DNA of 64,000 nt from Podarcis melisellensis. Lineage: Eukaryota. This document shows positions 11,277 to 22,313 of the stretch, piece after piece; position 1 is the stretch's first letter; the number at the start of each line of letters is the position of its first letter. A program made the translations under genes and the position numbers. The stretch lies in the NCBI GenBank assembly GCA_964234715.1, contig OZ174288.1; one strand, given 5' to 3'. A model generated the notes under the pieces. It searched no databases, was not told the DNA's origin, and was given only the letters and a program-made list of their open reading frames with translations.

Positions 11277-12468
11277 TCATACGCTCCGCGAGTTATTCAG
11301 CTTAGTCAGCTCACTGGTCTCACCGGGACCTGCTTCTTTGCAGTCGTTTTTCTCAACAGACTTACCAAACCTACGCCCATCCTCTGGCTTCACTGTCTCT
11401 TTTGGGAGATTCTTGAAAGAGGGGAGCCCGCCCTTGAGCTCCAAATTATGGTCCGAGACGTGGGGCGTCTTGTCCAAATTCTGTACAGAAGGCACCAGGT
11501 TGGTGATCTCGTCCGTCGGAGACCGCCCAATGCTGCCATCCACTTGAACACGGATGTCTGGAGATATAGATAACTGGTGGTGGGGGACGATGCCGTTGTC
11601 CATGCACTTGGGGTACAGGAAGGTCTTCATCTGCCCTTTGCCCTTCACGTTCACCGTCCCCCTGTAATCAAAGTCATACCCCATTTTGTTCAGGATGCGG
11701 TAGCTCTCTTCACTCACCTGGATGCGACACTCCACTCCGGTCGTGTCCATCCTGCTGGCGATGTTCACAGTGTCACCCCAAATGTCATACAGGAGCTTGG
11801 TGGTGCCAATGACCCCGGCAGTCAAGGGGCCGTGGTTGAAGCCAATCCGTAGTTTGAAATTGAACCACAGCATGTTGTTGTTAAAGTCATCAACCACTCG
11901 CATCATTTCTTTGGCAAATTCGAAGAGGGTTTGCAAGTGGCCGTGCGGGCTGTTGCTGTCTTGGCACTGGGACGTGTTCAGGCCAGAGGCGGCCATATAC
12001 GTGGCCCCGATGGTCTTGATCTTCTCGATGTTGCTGTAGTCAGGCTTGCTCAGCAGCTCGTCAAAGTCCCCAATCAGTTCGTTCAGGACTCGGTAGCACT
12101 CCTTGCCTCCTTCGTAGTTCTCCTCGTAGAACTCGCTGAAGTTCACGATGCTGGCAAAGATCACGCCACCACTGTCGTGGTTTTTGGAGTAGCTCTGTGA
12201 GACTTTCAGCTGCTCCGCCACGTGGTAGGGAATGATATTCCGCAGCAGCCAGTCCGCCTGGTCCCTCATGCTCTGGATCTTGGTGCGGTGAAGGTCGGCT
12301 TCCACGTCTCCATGGTAATGCAGGCGGTAGCTCACTTCAAACTCACGGTTTAAGAACCAAACCAGGAGGAGGAGGAGGAAGAAGCCCAGAATCACTTCAT
12401 GGCCAATAAGGTCTGCTGGCCGCCTGAAGTCTTCCAAGGTTGATCGGTAGCATGGATTCCTTATGGAA
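11277..12468 (-). CDS. ADCY9: ADCY9 last coding exon (exon 11): end of extracellular loop, TM12, helical domain, C2a catalytic domain and C2b tail
   Basis: Acceptor ccag|TTCCATA; 1192 nt to TGA at 11279-11277; encodes SIRNPC..LIGHEVILGFFLLLLLVWFLNREFEVSYRLHY, KIKTIGATYMAASG, DIWGDTVNIASRM and the AC9-specific ISPDIRVQVDGSIGRSP segment. Confidence 0.98.
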
Positions 12469-13054
12469 CTGGAGTTGATTTTTTAAAGAAAATATAGACA
12501 CACGCACATACACAGAGTAAATGTAAAAAAGAAAAGAAAAAAGCATTTGTATGTTTTCTCTATTCTTATATTCCTATATTCTAATCACAAGCACACAACG
12601 TTACTCTATTTTAAAATGTTATTCTATTTTAAAATATGATTTTCTAGTCCCCCATGGCAACAGAGACAATTATGACAACTTCATATACGCAGGACCAAAC
12701 TAGACATTGTGTCATTCACACAATGGGACTCTCTTTATTTTGGAGTGGGGGGAGTGGAGATTCAGATCAGGACTGCTGTGGTGAGCAAAGATCCAGACCA
12801 CCCACCCACCCACCCTGCCTAGCTTCTTTTTCAAAAATGTTTTATTGTTTTATTCATTTCAATGGGTATATTTCAAGTAAAACATAGTTGAATAAAACCT
12901 AAAACTCTTTTGAAGTTTTATCACTCAGATACAAATCATTTAACTAAATATATGCAAACAAAACACAAAATGAGCAAACCAAATAAAATTCTGTGCTGCC
13001 ATCAAAAGGCAAACAATCGAATCCTTATTCTTCAAATATTTATTTTAGCTGGTA

Positions 13055-13280
13055 CAGTGGTACCTTAGTTTTTGAACGTAATCCATTCTGGAAGCCCGTT
13101 CGAGTTCCGAAACGGAAAACTCAATACAGAAGCCTCAAAATGGAAAACTCAATACAGAAGCCGCGTTTCATGTTTGACTTTCAAGGCGGGTTCAAAAATG
13201 AAGCATTTACTTCCGGGTTTACGGCGTTCGAAAACTGAAACTTTTGTCAACAGAGACGTTCGAAAACTGAGGTACCACTG
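13055..13280. mobile_element. Tigger/pogo-like MITE
   Basis: TIRs CAGTGGTACCT..TTTTGAACGT / ACGTTCGAAAACTGAGGTACCACTG; TA on both flanks. Confidence 0.8.
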
Positions 13281-13754
13281 TATACAGATTTAAGAGGGCC
13301 AATTGGGTCCTGATAGTATATCATGTTTCACAATTTTCTGAACCCTCTAAAAATCCCAAAATTCATTTGCAGGTTCACCACTTAAGTCATGATGTACCAG
13401 TTTTGTTCCAATACAGATTTTCTTCAATTGCTATTTACTTTCCCTCTCCCTACCACCCCCCCCCACTCTCTCTCTCACACACATACATGGATAGTGTCAC
13501 AATTAGTCACTACTTGGGTAAATCACATCATGTCCAGTTTGGTCCTCAGATGTCAAATAAAGTATTCTGTCAGAGACTCATCCCAAGTTTTCATGTGAGA
13601 GTCTGTTTAACCTTCATCTGTCACAGTTATCTGCAGATTAATATGTCTATGACTGACTAATCTAACAGCACCACTCTCTACATTTCAGAAATATGAATGA
13701 TCAAGCAAGCAAAGGAAAAACACAAAAAACTGGGAACTAGGTATCAATTCTTAC

Positions 13755-13796
13755 CTATAGTTCTGTTCTAACTGAAGATGGGAGATTTCTGTGGAG
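13755..13796 (-). CDS. ADCY9: ADCY9 exon 10, copy c (42 nt, phase 2-2)
   Basis: atttcag|CTCCACAGAAATCTCCCATCTTCAGTTAGAACAGAACTATAG|gtaaga; reads (S)STEISHLQLEQNY(S), aligning gap-free to human exon 10 SSVLTSPLDAVQNFS. Confidence 0.85.
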   Translation of the reverse strand, partial: LHRNLPSSVRTEL

Positions 13797-14358
13797 CTGA
13801 AATCCAAATATAGCAAAACATCAACAGAAATGAATAGGAGAGGTAATAATTGCAGGATTTAGTGAGCTTAATCTACATTTAGAATTTCCATTTCTTAGTC
13901 CCAGGGATTCCACTGGAGTTTTACCTATATATAGCTTGGTGGCTTCAGACATTCACCATGAAGTGATGAAAAGAATGAAGTTTGATGTTGATCAAGCCCT
14001 TAAATGGAAAACCATTTGCTTAAGTCTGAAAACAGCTACTTCTGTTCTTGCCATTATTTAGGGTGCAGACACATGGTGAGCGTTTCTTCTCCTCACTTTC
14101 GCTTCTGTGACACCACATATACCAGGCTTCAAAACTAGCACCGATGTAGGCACACACTGCATTTTTCCTTTTTTAAAAATCCAGGCAACTGTTGTATTTC
14201 TCTAGTTTATTTGGTATTTTTTTACAGTCAATTTGGTTGTTCCCGAGCTAAATTCTGAAGCAGGCTGCTGATGTCTAACTCTTTGGACATGGAGTTCAGT
14301 GTACAGTTGACCTTTTTTAGTGTTTCTAATCAATACACAAGCAAGGTTTTATAGCATA

Positions 14359-14814
14359 CAGTGGTACTTTGGTTCTCAAACGCCTTGGTACCTAAATGCC
14401 TTGGTTCTCAAACACTGAAAACCTGGAAGTAAGTGTTCTGGTTTTTGAACATTTTTCAGAAGCCGAACGTCTGATGCGGCTGTCGGCTACTGTTCCCGGG
14501 GCGCCTGCACCAATCAGAAGCTGCGCCTTGGTTTCTGAACATTTTGAAAGTTAAATGGACTTCCAAAATGGATTAAGTTTGGCGCTTTTGTTTTTGCTAT
14601 TTATTTTACATTTTTTGTCTTTGAGGCTTTTTTGGTTAATTTGTTTTTATGACTATATGGAACCCAGTTCAGCTACTGATTGATTGATTGTGTGACTGTG
14701 GAAATGGATAAAAAAAAAAACCCATCCAAGCAATGACTATCATCAGTGCAGGGATGCTTTGGTTTTGGAAAGGACTTCCAGAACGGATTAAGTTTGAGAA
14801 CCAAGGTACCACTG
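14359..14814. mobile_element. Tigger/pogo-like MITE related to 13055-13280
   Basis: TIRs CAGTGGTACTTTGGTTCTCAAAC / GTTTGAGAACCAAGGTACCACTG; TA on both flanks. Confidence 0.8.
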
Positions 14815-14944
14815 TAATAGTTTTAAATAACAGTTCTTTTAAAGCTTTCTTTTTTTAAAAAAAAAAAATTGTTATAGCACTTCATTTAAGCCTTTGAGGA
14901 GAAAGCAGAAAGTGCAAGCAAGACTGCTAGGTGTTAATGATTAC

Positions 14945-14986
14945 CTGATGTTCTGTGTAGAGTTGAAGATTTCCATGGAGCTGAAA
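14945..14986 (-). CDS. ADCY9: ADCY9 exon 10, copy b (42 nt, or 36 nt from the inner AG; phase 2-2)
   Basis: ttgcatttcag|TTTCAGCTCCATGGAAATCTTCAACTCTACACAGAACATCAG|gtaatc; reads (S)FSSMEIFNSTQNI(S); branch-point-like CTGAT upstream; nucleotide similarity to copy c. Confidence 0.75.
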
Positions 14987-16061
14987 CTGAAATGCAAGAA
15001 GCACTGGATCAGCAAGAAAATTCACAGGCCACTATTCCCTCTGCAGCAACAGCTGCTTGACAAAATGTGACTCTGCCCTGATGCATCAGTTATTGCATCA
15101 AGCATTTCTTCAGAAATGGGCAATGAGCCTCATGTATCTCTGCTGTCTCCAAGGTTGACATGTTACAGCTTCTTAGTCCGTGTCGGATAACCAGGTCTAC
15201 AATATGGTCCTTAATGTGTTTAGTTCAATTGACATGAAAAGGCCATTTTAACACCTGCATAGTGCATGTTTTATGAGGATGGAGGTTGTGTAGAACCAAA
15301 CGGGGGAAATGTTCTGGAAGGCCTGTAAACACCACCTTGGTAGCCAAGATAAATTCAGGACGAATTGGCAGTCGCTGCCAGAATCAGCTCACATTATGTT
15401 TATGCTATAGTACCCTAGCTAACAGGACCAGTGGTCAGGGATAATGAGGATTGTAGGCTGGAAAACATTTGGAGGGCCATGTTTGCCTATGCCTGGCATA
15501 AAGGCTCTGCAGGCTGCGATGTAGGCTAGTGCAGTCTAAAAATGCACTGGAATTGGCCCTTCTGGCATTTTTTACATTCTTTTTTGGTATCCCTACATCA
15601 AACCACTCACACAGGCTCTCTTTTGGGCCTGTGGATCAGGACAGTGGTAGGGCAAGCTCAGGCTGGAGGCTCCAAGTGCCCACTGACCTGAAATACAAAC
15701 TGGTCACCTTACAAATGATCTAAGTAAAAACTGGAGATAATTATCCTCCATTTGGCCGTTTCCATTTTCCTTACACCAAACAATAACGGGCAGGGTGCAA
15801 GGAACCTCAAATCCAAGCTCAAACCAAAAAGGAAAAGGCAAAGGGATCCACCTGATGGCTATCATGCAGTAAAGCATGATGACTTCAGATCCAGAGCTCC
15901 AGAGCTTCTCAGAACCATGTGAATATAAGCTGGGGGAGGGGGAGAAGGAGAAAGCAATTGTTCAAGGTCTAAAAATGCTGCTGGTTGATATAAAGACTTA
16001 GGGAAAAGGCTGCCAGGCTCAGTAATAGCCAGAAACGAAAGGAAATCCAATGAATGCTTAC

Positions 16062-16103
16062 CTAAAGTTCTTTACTGATTCAATATATGATTCCTCCACA
16101 GAG
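16062..16103 (-). CDS. ADCY9: ADCY9 exon 10, copy a (42 nt, phase 2-2)
   Basis: gcgtttttttcag|CTCTGTGGAGGAATCATATATTGAATCAGTAAAGAACTTTAG|gtaagc; reads (S)SVEESYIESVKNF(S), gap-free alignment to human exon 10; strong acceptor and donor. Confidence 0.85.
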
Positions 16104-16532
16104 CTGAAAAAAACGCAAGAGACAGACAACAACAAATCAAAAGCATGGAGGAGAAAAAGAACAGCTGCAAAAAACACCCCTCAAAAAGAGAAAAACGAAA
16201 CACCCCTCCTGGCTGCCACTCTCCAAATCTCATTCTGGGCTGCTAGATACCCATTCTGACACGGAGTTATACACCAGCCTCAATCCTCCTTCCCCCCAGG
16301 GGTTAACCACATTACTTCACAAAACGTCAAAGTATACATCTGATGGCTAAAGTGGCAGCACTTCTAATCAACAAAGACACCTGGTGAATCTGCTTCCAGG
16401 TGGATGAGCCATAAGAATACCTATTTCACTCCAGCTTCCTGATGATGGTCTCCAAGACCCTCACTGGGGAAAAGACACTGTCCCAACTCACAGGCAACAG
16501 GCAGGCAGCACCAGTTTTCCTCAAAGGCTCAC

Positions 16533-16681
16533 CTGTCAGGGCACAGAGGCACCCACAGCAAAACTAGCAAGACTCCTCCAACAAGAGTGGCCAGAGATGA
16601 TCTCATCCAGGAGCTGAGCTGGCAGAAGTTACAGTACTGGACAATAGTGATGAGAATTGCAGAACACATAAACATGGTATA
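16533..16681 (-). CDS. ADCY9: ADCY9 exon 9 (149 nt)
   Basis: ttgcag|TATACC...GACAG|gtgagc; YTMFMCSAILITIVQYCNFCQLSSWMRSSLATLVGG..LCPD. Confidence 0.95.
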
Positions 16682-16826
16682 CTGCAACAAACAGAAACAG
16701 CAGCTATTAGTCATATATGATCTATTGGAATGGGATGTCTAAGTAAATGCACAGGAATCCACTTTTTTCTTTTTTTAATGGCTGTGGCCACGAAACCAAT
16801 ATTTCACTAGTCATTATGCCTCCCCT

Positions 16827-17114
16827 CAGGGCCGGATTTAGGTTTGATGAGGCCCTAAGCTTACTGAAGGTAATGGGGCCCTTTATATGTCCAGCTGTCC
16901 TTTGTCAGCAACAAATTGTCACTGTTTATTGTGTTGAATATATGCTATATTTATGGACCTACACTGCTGCTATATGTAGGTTTTATTTTATTTGTTTTTA
17001 TCTTATATTTTGGAAATGTACATCCAGGTTTTTTCCGTAAAATTTTTTTTGGGGCCCCAAGAGAGTGGGGCCCTAAGCTATCACTTGTTTAGCTTACATG
17101 TAAATCTGGCACTG
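16827..17114. mobile_element. hAT-type MITE in ADCY9 intron 8
   Basis: TIRs CAGGGCCGGATTTA / TAAATCTGGCACTG with a perfect 8-bp TSD CCTCCCCT (16819-16826, 17115-17122). Confidence 0.85.
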
Positions 17115-17520
17115 CCTCCCCTCTTCAGGCTCACAACACCGCTCACTCCATTTAACGTACGTTGGCTTCACATGCAGTCAGCCTCTCCATTGCTGCCTAC
17201 TCTCTCTCCTTTGAAGAATGAAGCACCCCATAGCCAGCTCACTGGAATTGGCGGGCCCTAGCCTGCTAGGCACTTCCTTTCCCATCTCCCTCAGCACTGC
17301 TTCCAACTCCTCTTGGGAAGAAAGCAACCTGCATACTTTTGGGTCCCCAGGGAAGATCTACCCACCAACGTTTCTGGTAACTGAATTTTGAAAGAAAGAA
17401 GGAAAGCGAGAGAGCCAACTTGTGGTTCTCAATCTCGATCCTCTACCTGCTTCCTCCCAGGATATAGCGGGAGCACAGAAAAACCAGTCCAGTCATGGGA
17501 TTCAGCAATGTATGACTTAC

Positions 17521-17680
17521 ATAAATGTTTGTTTCAAATTCCAAGCTGAAGTGTGAGAAGACTGCGACAGCGGGGAGGGAGATCCAAACGGCACCAATGA
17601 AGTGTCGCGGCAACCAGCCGGCAATCCCCTCCAACAACCGTTTTGTGCAAGCCATTACGTCCTCCAGAAAGAACACCATT
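17521..17680 (-). CDS. ADCY9: ADCY9 exon 8 (160 nt)
   Basis: ttttcag|AATGGTG...ATTTAT|gtaagt; MVFFLEDVMACTKRLLEGIAGWLPRHFIG. Confidence 0.95.
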
Positions 17681-18190
17681 CTGAAAACAACACACATCCA
17701 AGTCAGGCAGTGTGGCCGCTTCTATCTATGACAGAACTGAGCCTAGAAAGGCAAAGGAGCGGAGGGGAATGGTTTTGCAAGTCTCTCTGTATAGCTGCCA
17801 CTTCACGGGCCTCTACGCAGGGAAATGGCATGCTTGATTTCCTCTTAATCAGACTAGCAGCGGCAGCCCCGCCATTTTGCTGGATCCTGTTCTCTTCCCT
17901 TTTCTGTCACGTTCTCACCTTTAGGGTGCCTTACATGTTTAATTATGTCCAAAGCGACCCGTGGGTTTTGCCTGGCCTAGGGTGGACCACTAGTACAAAT
18001 CTGAGAGTCCTGGCTCACCTCTAAGTGGTGAAAGGAGGAGTCTGTTTCCCATACAGCAGAGCTACGAAGGCCCTCACAGAACTCTCTGTCCCATTCTTAG
18101 CTATGCCCATTTCAAACCCAAGAAGCAGGCCCTGCCTCTGCTGCTATCCTACGCGCCCTGTGAGAGTGATCCAGAGTCTGCCTCATTTAC

Positions 18191-18399
18191 CTAATGGAGA
18201 CGATAAGGGACAGCACCTCTAGCAGGATGGCAATGACCACCACAACCACTGCTGCAGGCGGGGGAGGAGTTGCAGCCATCCCATGCTTCAGGAAGCAGGT
18301 GACAGAGAGGATGAGGAAGACGGTTGTGGACAGCAAAACATCCAGAAGGGAACTAAAGGTAGCACTGGCGAAGGTCTTCACGGGGGTGTTCCTCATAAC
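18191..18399 (-). CDS. ADCY9: ADCY9 exon 7 (209 nt)
   Basis: aaacag|GTTATG...ATTAG|gtaaat; VMRNTPVKTFASATFSSLLDVLLSTTVFLILS. Confidence 0.95.
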
Positions 18400-19434
18400 C
18401 TGTTTCAGATAAAGGCAAAAAGAACAGAATGAGACAGTGCACCAATATGTGGGTGCCCTCTTTCTTGGTTGTCTTTTAAGGAGAGTCAAATCCATTGTAG
18501 GCATTTCTGTCAAATACGATGGCACAGACAGAGCTTTTGGGGGTAGGAGACAGAAGGAAGGTGTTACATTATTTAATAAAATGTATATACCACCTGTTCA
18601 ACTGAAGACCTCCAAGCTATTTACAAAGAGCAATATAATATTTTTTTAAAAACACAGATATAAAACAAACAATACAATTTTTTAACATATAAATAACTCA
18701 TCACTGATTCTGTCCATTTGTATGCTTTATTTCCTTGGGTTAAAAAATTCTCTTTTTTACCCTCCTTTGGCCTTCCTTCAGTATAATAGGGTAAAAAGGA
18801 TGTTTTTTTAACCCAAGGAAATAAAGCGTACTATTTCTGTTCTTCCCAGCAAGCTTCCCCCCCCCATTCCTGTCCTCAATCTTCTTGCTTTCCTTCCTTC
18901 CTTTCCTCCCATCCTCTTACTGCACCTCCACACTCCATCCTCTAGGCTCCGCTTTGCCCCAAACTGTCACCCTTACCTGCTTTCTTGTTCTCAGCTTGGG
19001 AAATGCAGCCAGCTGCCTTTTCATTCTTCAGCTGTGTGCATTCCTCAGCTCTGACTGCATTGCTAGGAGCTCTCCTTCCAGGAGGCCACTCAGTCCAGCT
19101 GCCAGCTGCTAAGTTGCCTTCGGACAGTATCTTATATCCCACACTCTCAACAGCAACTTATTGCAGTGCTGAATGCAGGGGGCAGCTGCACCTTTGGGGT
19201 CTTCAAAAGGCCCTGTGAGGGGACTATTCACCAGAACCAGTGATAGTGTAACAAAACACGAGGGATTTCAGCGACGCAAATTTAGACTGGATATTAGGAA
19301 CTACCTTACAAACAATTTAAGAAGAGGCAAAGCTCCCATGACTGTTGAGAAACTCCCCCAGGGTAACAGTGCATGTTCAGGATGGTTTAGGGATGGAGAA
19401 CCTTTACAGTGTGATGGACCTTTGTCCTATCTTT

Positions 19435-19745
19435 TGCCTACATAAAGGATGTTCAGGTGCTGTCACACAAAAGATGGAGCAGGCTCATTTTCTCCTGCTC
19501 CAGGGTAGGACTCAAACCCATGGCTTCCAGTTACAAGGAAGGAGATTCCGACTCAACATCAGGAAGAACTTTCTGACAGTAAAGAGCTGTTCAGCGGTGG
19601 AATGGATTCCCTTGGACTCACTGGAGGTTTTTAAGCAGAGGTTGGATGGCCATCTGTCATGGATTCTTTAGTTGAGCTTCTTGCATTGCAGGGGGGTGGC
19701 CAAAGGACCCTTGGGATCCGTTACAACTCTGCAACTCTATGGTTC
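19435..19745 (+). mobile_element. CR1 LINE 3' fragment
   Basis: Encodes GRRFRLNIRKNFLTV..LEVFKQRLDGHL, the CR1 ORF2 C-terminus, followed by the CR1 3' UTR. Confidence 0.8.
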
Positions 19746-20122
19746 CTGCAACAGCGTATGGTTCTCTATCCTTAAACCATCCTGGCATCAAGTTCAGTAA
19801 CTGCCCAAAAAGGAACCGAGTCCTAACCATCACATCCTCCAAAACAACTCATAAAAGCCACAGACATGAAGGAGTTAAGCATCTCTCTCCCCTCCTACAA
19901 AGCTCCAAATGTATGTTCAGAAGTATGAATTCAGAACCCTGGGGAAAAAGCAACCAGGCTGGGTGAGATTAAGGGCAGAGGACAACGACAAAGCACCCCT
20001 CCCTCCACAAAACGCAACACTCCAGGACTACTTTTCAGTGAAAAATGAAAAATTAGCACTTCATTAGTTTGCTTCTCAGAGACAACCAGAACATACACAA
20101 CACACAACACACACAAACACAC

Positions 20123-20225
20123 CTCTTCTTGATAGCTGCTCCTATAGTTCATCTCCAATTCCTGATCCAGGAAGTTCAGGCTCAGTCTGTTAATGGGCGG
20201 CTTAAAAAAATAGTCTTTCATCAAG
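20123..20225 (-). CDS. ADCY9: ADCY9 exon 6 (103 nt)
   Basis: tctag|CTTGATG...GAAGAG|gtgtgt; LMKDYFFKPPINRLSLNFLDQELEMNYRSSYQEE. Confidence 0.95.
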
Positions 20226-21369
20226 CTAGAGGAAGAATGGAAAAGAGTTTACTTCTGCACAGTTATCATTTGAAGAAACAATTCCTAATGTTCCATTTCC
20301 AGGTTACTTCTTGGTTGAGCAACTGCTCTTAGTCTCTCACTATTCGGTATCTGTGTCCACACAAGGAAGGAAGGCAGTGCTCAGAATATTTCCATCAGGT
20401 AGACAGAGCCAATTCTAATTTTGTCCCTATCCTCCCCCCTACTGGATTGTGTAACGACAACACTGAGACAGAGGAGGAGGAGGAAGAAGCTGACAGTGTG
20501 TGCTACCTGCTGGACTGTGAAGTAAGAAAGCAGGCAGGCAGGCAGGCAGGCAGGGACTGGCTGAGGGAGATTCTGGCATTGCAGGTGGTTGGACTACCAG
20601 CCTCCAGCGGAGATACAATTACGGTGAAGCATAACAGCAGAATGATCCACCTATGTCTTGCAGGTAACTCGACTTCTGAGACAACCCCCCTTCTATATGG
20701 GAAATGTGGTCCCATGTTGTCCCCAAGGACTGCACACACGACTTGCACCATTTACAGATTTAAAGTCTCACCACGGATGGCACGAACGTCCTGCAAGTTA
20801 TGAGGTGGCATGTTACTTCCTTCATGCACAGACCTATTGTGTTTTAATTTGTTGGAAGCTGCCCAGAGGGCCTGGGGGAACCCAGTCAGATGGGCGGCAG
20901 AAAAATAATTTCCGTTTACACTAAGATGGGGAGCAAGCCTGTGCGGCAAAATGTAAACCCAATTTGCACAAACTGTTGGGGTATGCACAAATGGCAGAAC
21001 CTACTGGAAGATTAAGATGTTGCATACCATCTTTGCAACACCCATACAAGGTAGCCCAGTATTATTATCCACACATGCCGATGGAGGACAAAGGCTGAGA
21101 GATGAGTAACCTAGCAAGTTAATGCAGAACATGAATTTAGAACTGGGAACTACTTTGCTCCCAACTCCTGCTCACAGCCACTCTATCACACCAGGTCTCA
21201 GGTATGCTGCTGTGCCCACTAGGGTGGGAGAAACGCCAAACCCCCTGGAGAGACCAGCTGCTTCGCTGGGGCTTGAATGCTCATGGCCAACTGCCCACCT
21301 CACAAGGCGCTGCTTAGACAAAGCTCACAGTCACCTCCTGAAAATATTTAAAAACTGTGACTAGTTATT

Positions 21370-22070
21370 TAGGAGCATGTGAAGAACCCTGATGGATCAG
21401 ACCAAAGAGCTATTTAATCCAACATCCCATTTCCCACAGGGGCCAAGAGGAGAACACGAGGGCCCTCTCCCCAATGTTGTTTCACAGCAACTGGTATTCA
21501 AAGCCTGTTTCCCCAAAGGTCGTACATTTTCTTGCCTCATCCCATTTTAAAGACAGCTAAGTGGATTTCTGCCACAATATCACGTGGTAGTGAAACCCAG
21601 TTTAACTGTGTGCTGTGTGATGACTCTACTGGGTTTTCGTACGGGAGGTTGGGGAAAACTTAAGTCTACCCAGTTTCTCTACACAATGCATAATCTTATG
21701 TACCTGTGTAATGGTAAACTAAAAAGCACCATATGTTGCAAACTTTCCCTTGATCACTCCGATTGCCCTTTTCTGACTCTTTTCCAGCTCTACAGTCATT
21801 GTTTCTGAGGTGAGGTGGCAAGAACGACAAACGGCACTCCGAGTGTGGTTGCACTACAGATTTGTATGACAGCAGTAAGATATCAGCAGTTTAATTTTCG
21901 ATCCCATTCCTAACGATCCCCAACATGGATTTTGCTTTTTTCACAGCTACCATGCACTGCACTGGGTCCATATTTCCACTGAGCTATCCACCACGAGATC
22001 AATACCCCTTTCCTATTCAGTTGCTGCTAGTTTAGACCCCACCAGTGTGTATGAGAAGCTGGGATTCCCC
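21370..22070 (-). mobile_element. Old CR1-like LINE fragment (approximate limits)
   Basis: Resembles antisense CR1 RT-region sequence (e.g. GAGTGTGGTTGCACTACAGATTTGTAT, CCCATTCCTAACGATCCCCAACATGG). Confidence 0.5.
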
Positions 22071-22095
22071 CCCCCACCCCATCCATCTTTCTCAC

Positions 22096-22313
22096 CTGTC
22101 TTCTTTTATCACGTCAACAAAGTGAGCGTCCGTTTTCTCCCTGATGTTTTTGAAGCGCAGTGGCAGAAGTGGTGACTGGTCCAAGCTCACGCCAACCCAT
22201 CTTCCTTTCTCCTGCAACATTTCATAAAGGGATGTTTGGCTGTTGCTCAGCTTCTCCTCTTGTGGAGGACTTAGAAGACCATTCTGGGACTTGGGACTGC
22301 ATCCTCCAGGGCC
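22096..22313 (-). CDS. ADCY9: ADCY9 exon 5 (218 nt)
   Basis: aatcag|GGCCCT...GACAG|gtgag; QNGLLSPPQEEKLSNSQTSLYEMLQEKGRW..LLPLRFKNIREKTDAHFVDVIKED. Confidence 0.95.

Noticed and set aside
16421-16463. Exon-like segment (ccccag ... ATAG|gtatt) 69 nt after ADCY9 exon 9
   Set aside because: 43 nt, in-frame stop, weak donor, no similarity to the exon-10 copies.
20503-20751. Minus-strand ORF with hydrophobic stretch WIILLLCFTVIVS in ADCY9 intron 5
   Set aside because: No convincing splice pair, and exons 5 and 6 already join in frame with the expected sizes.
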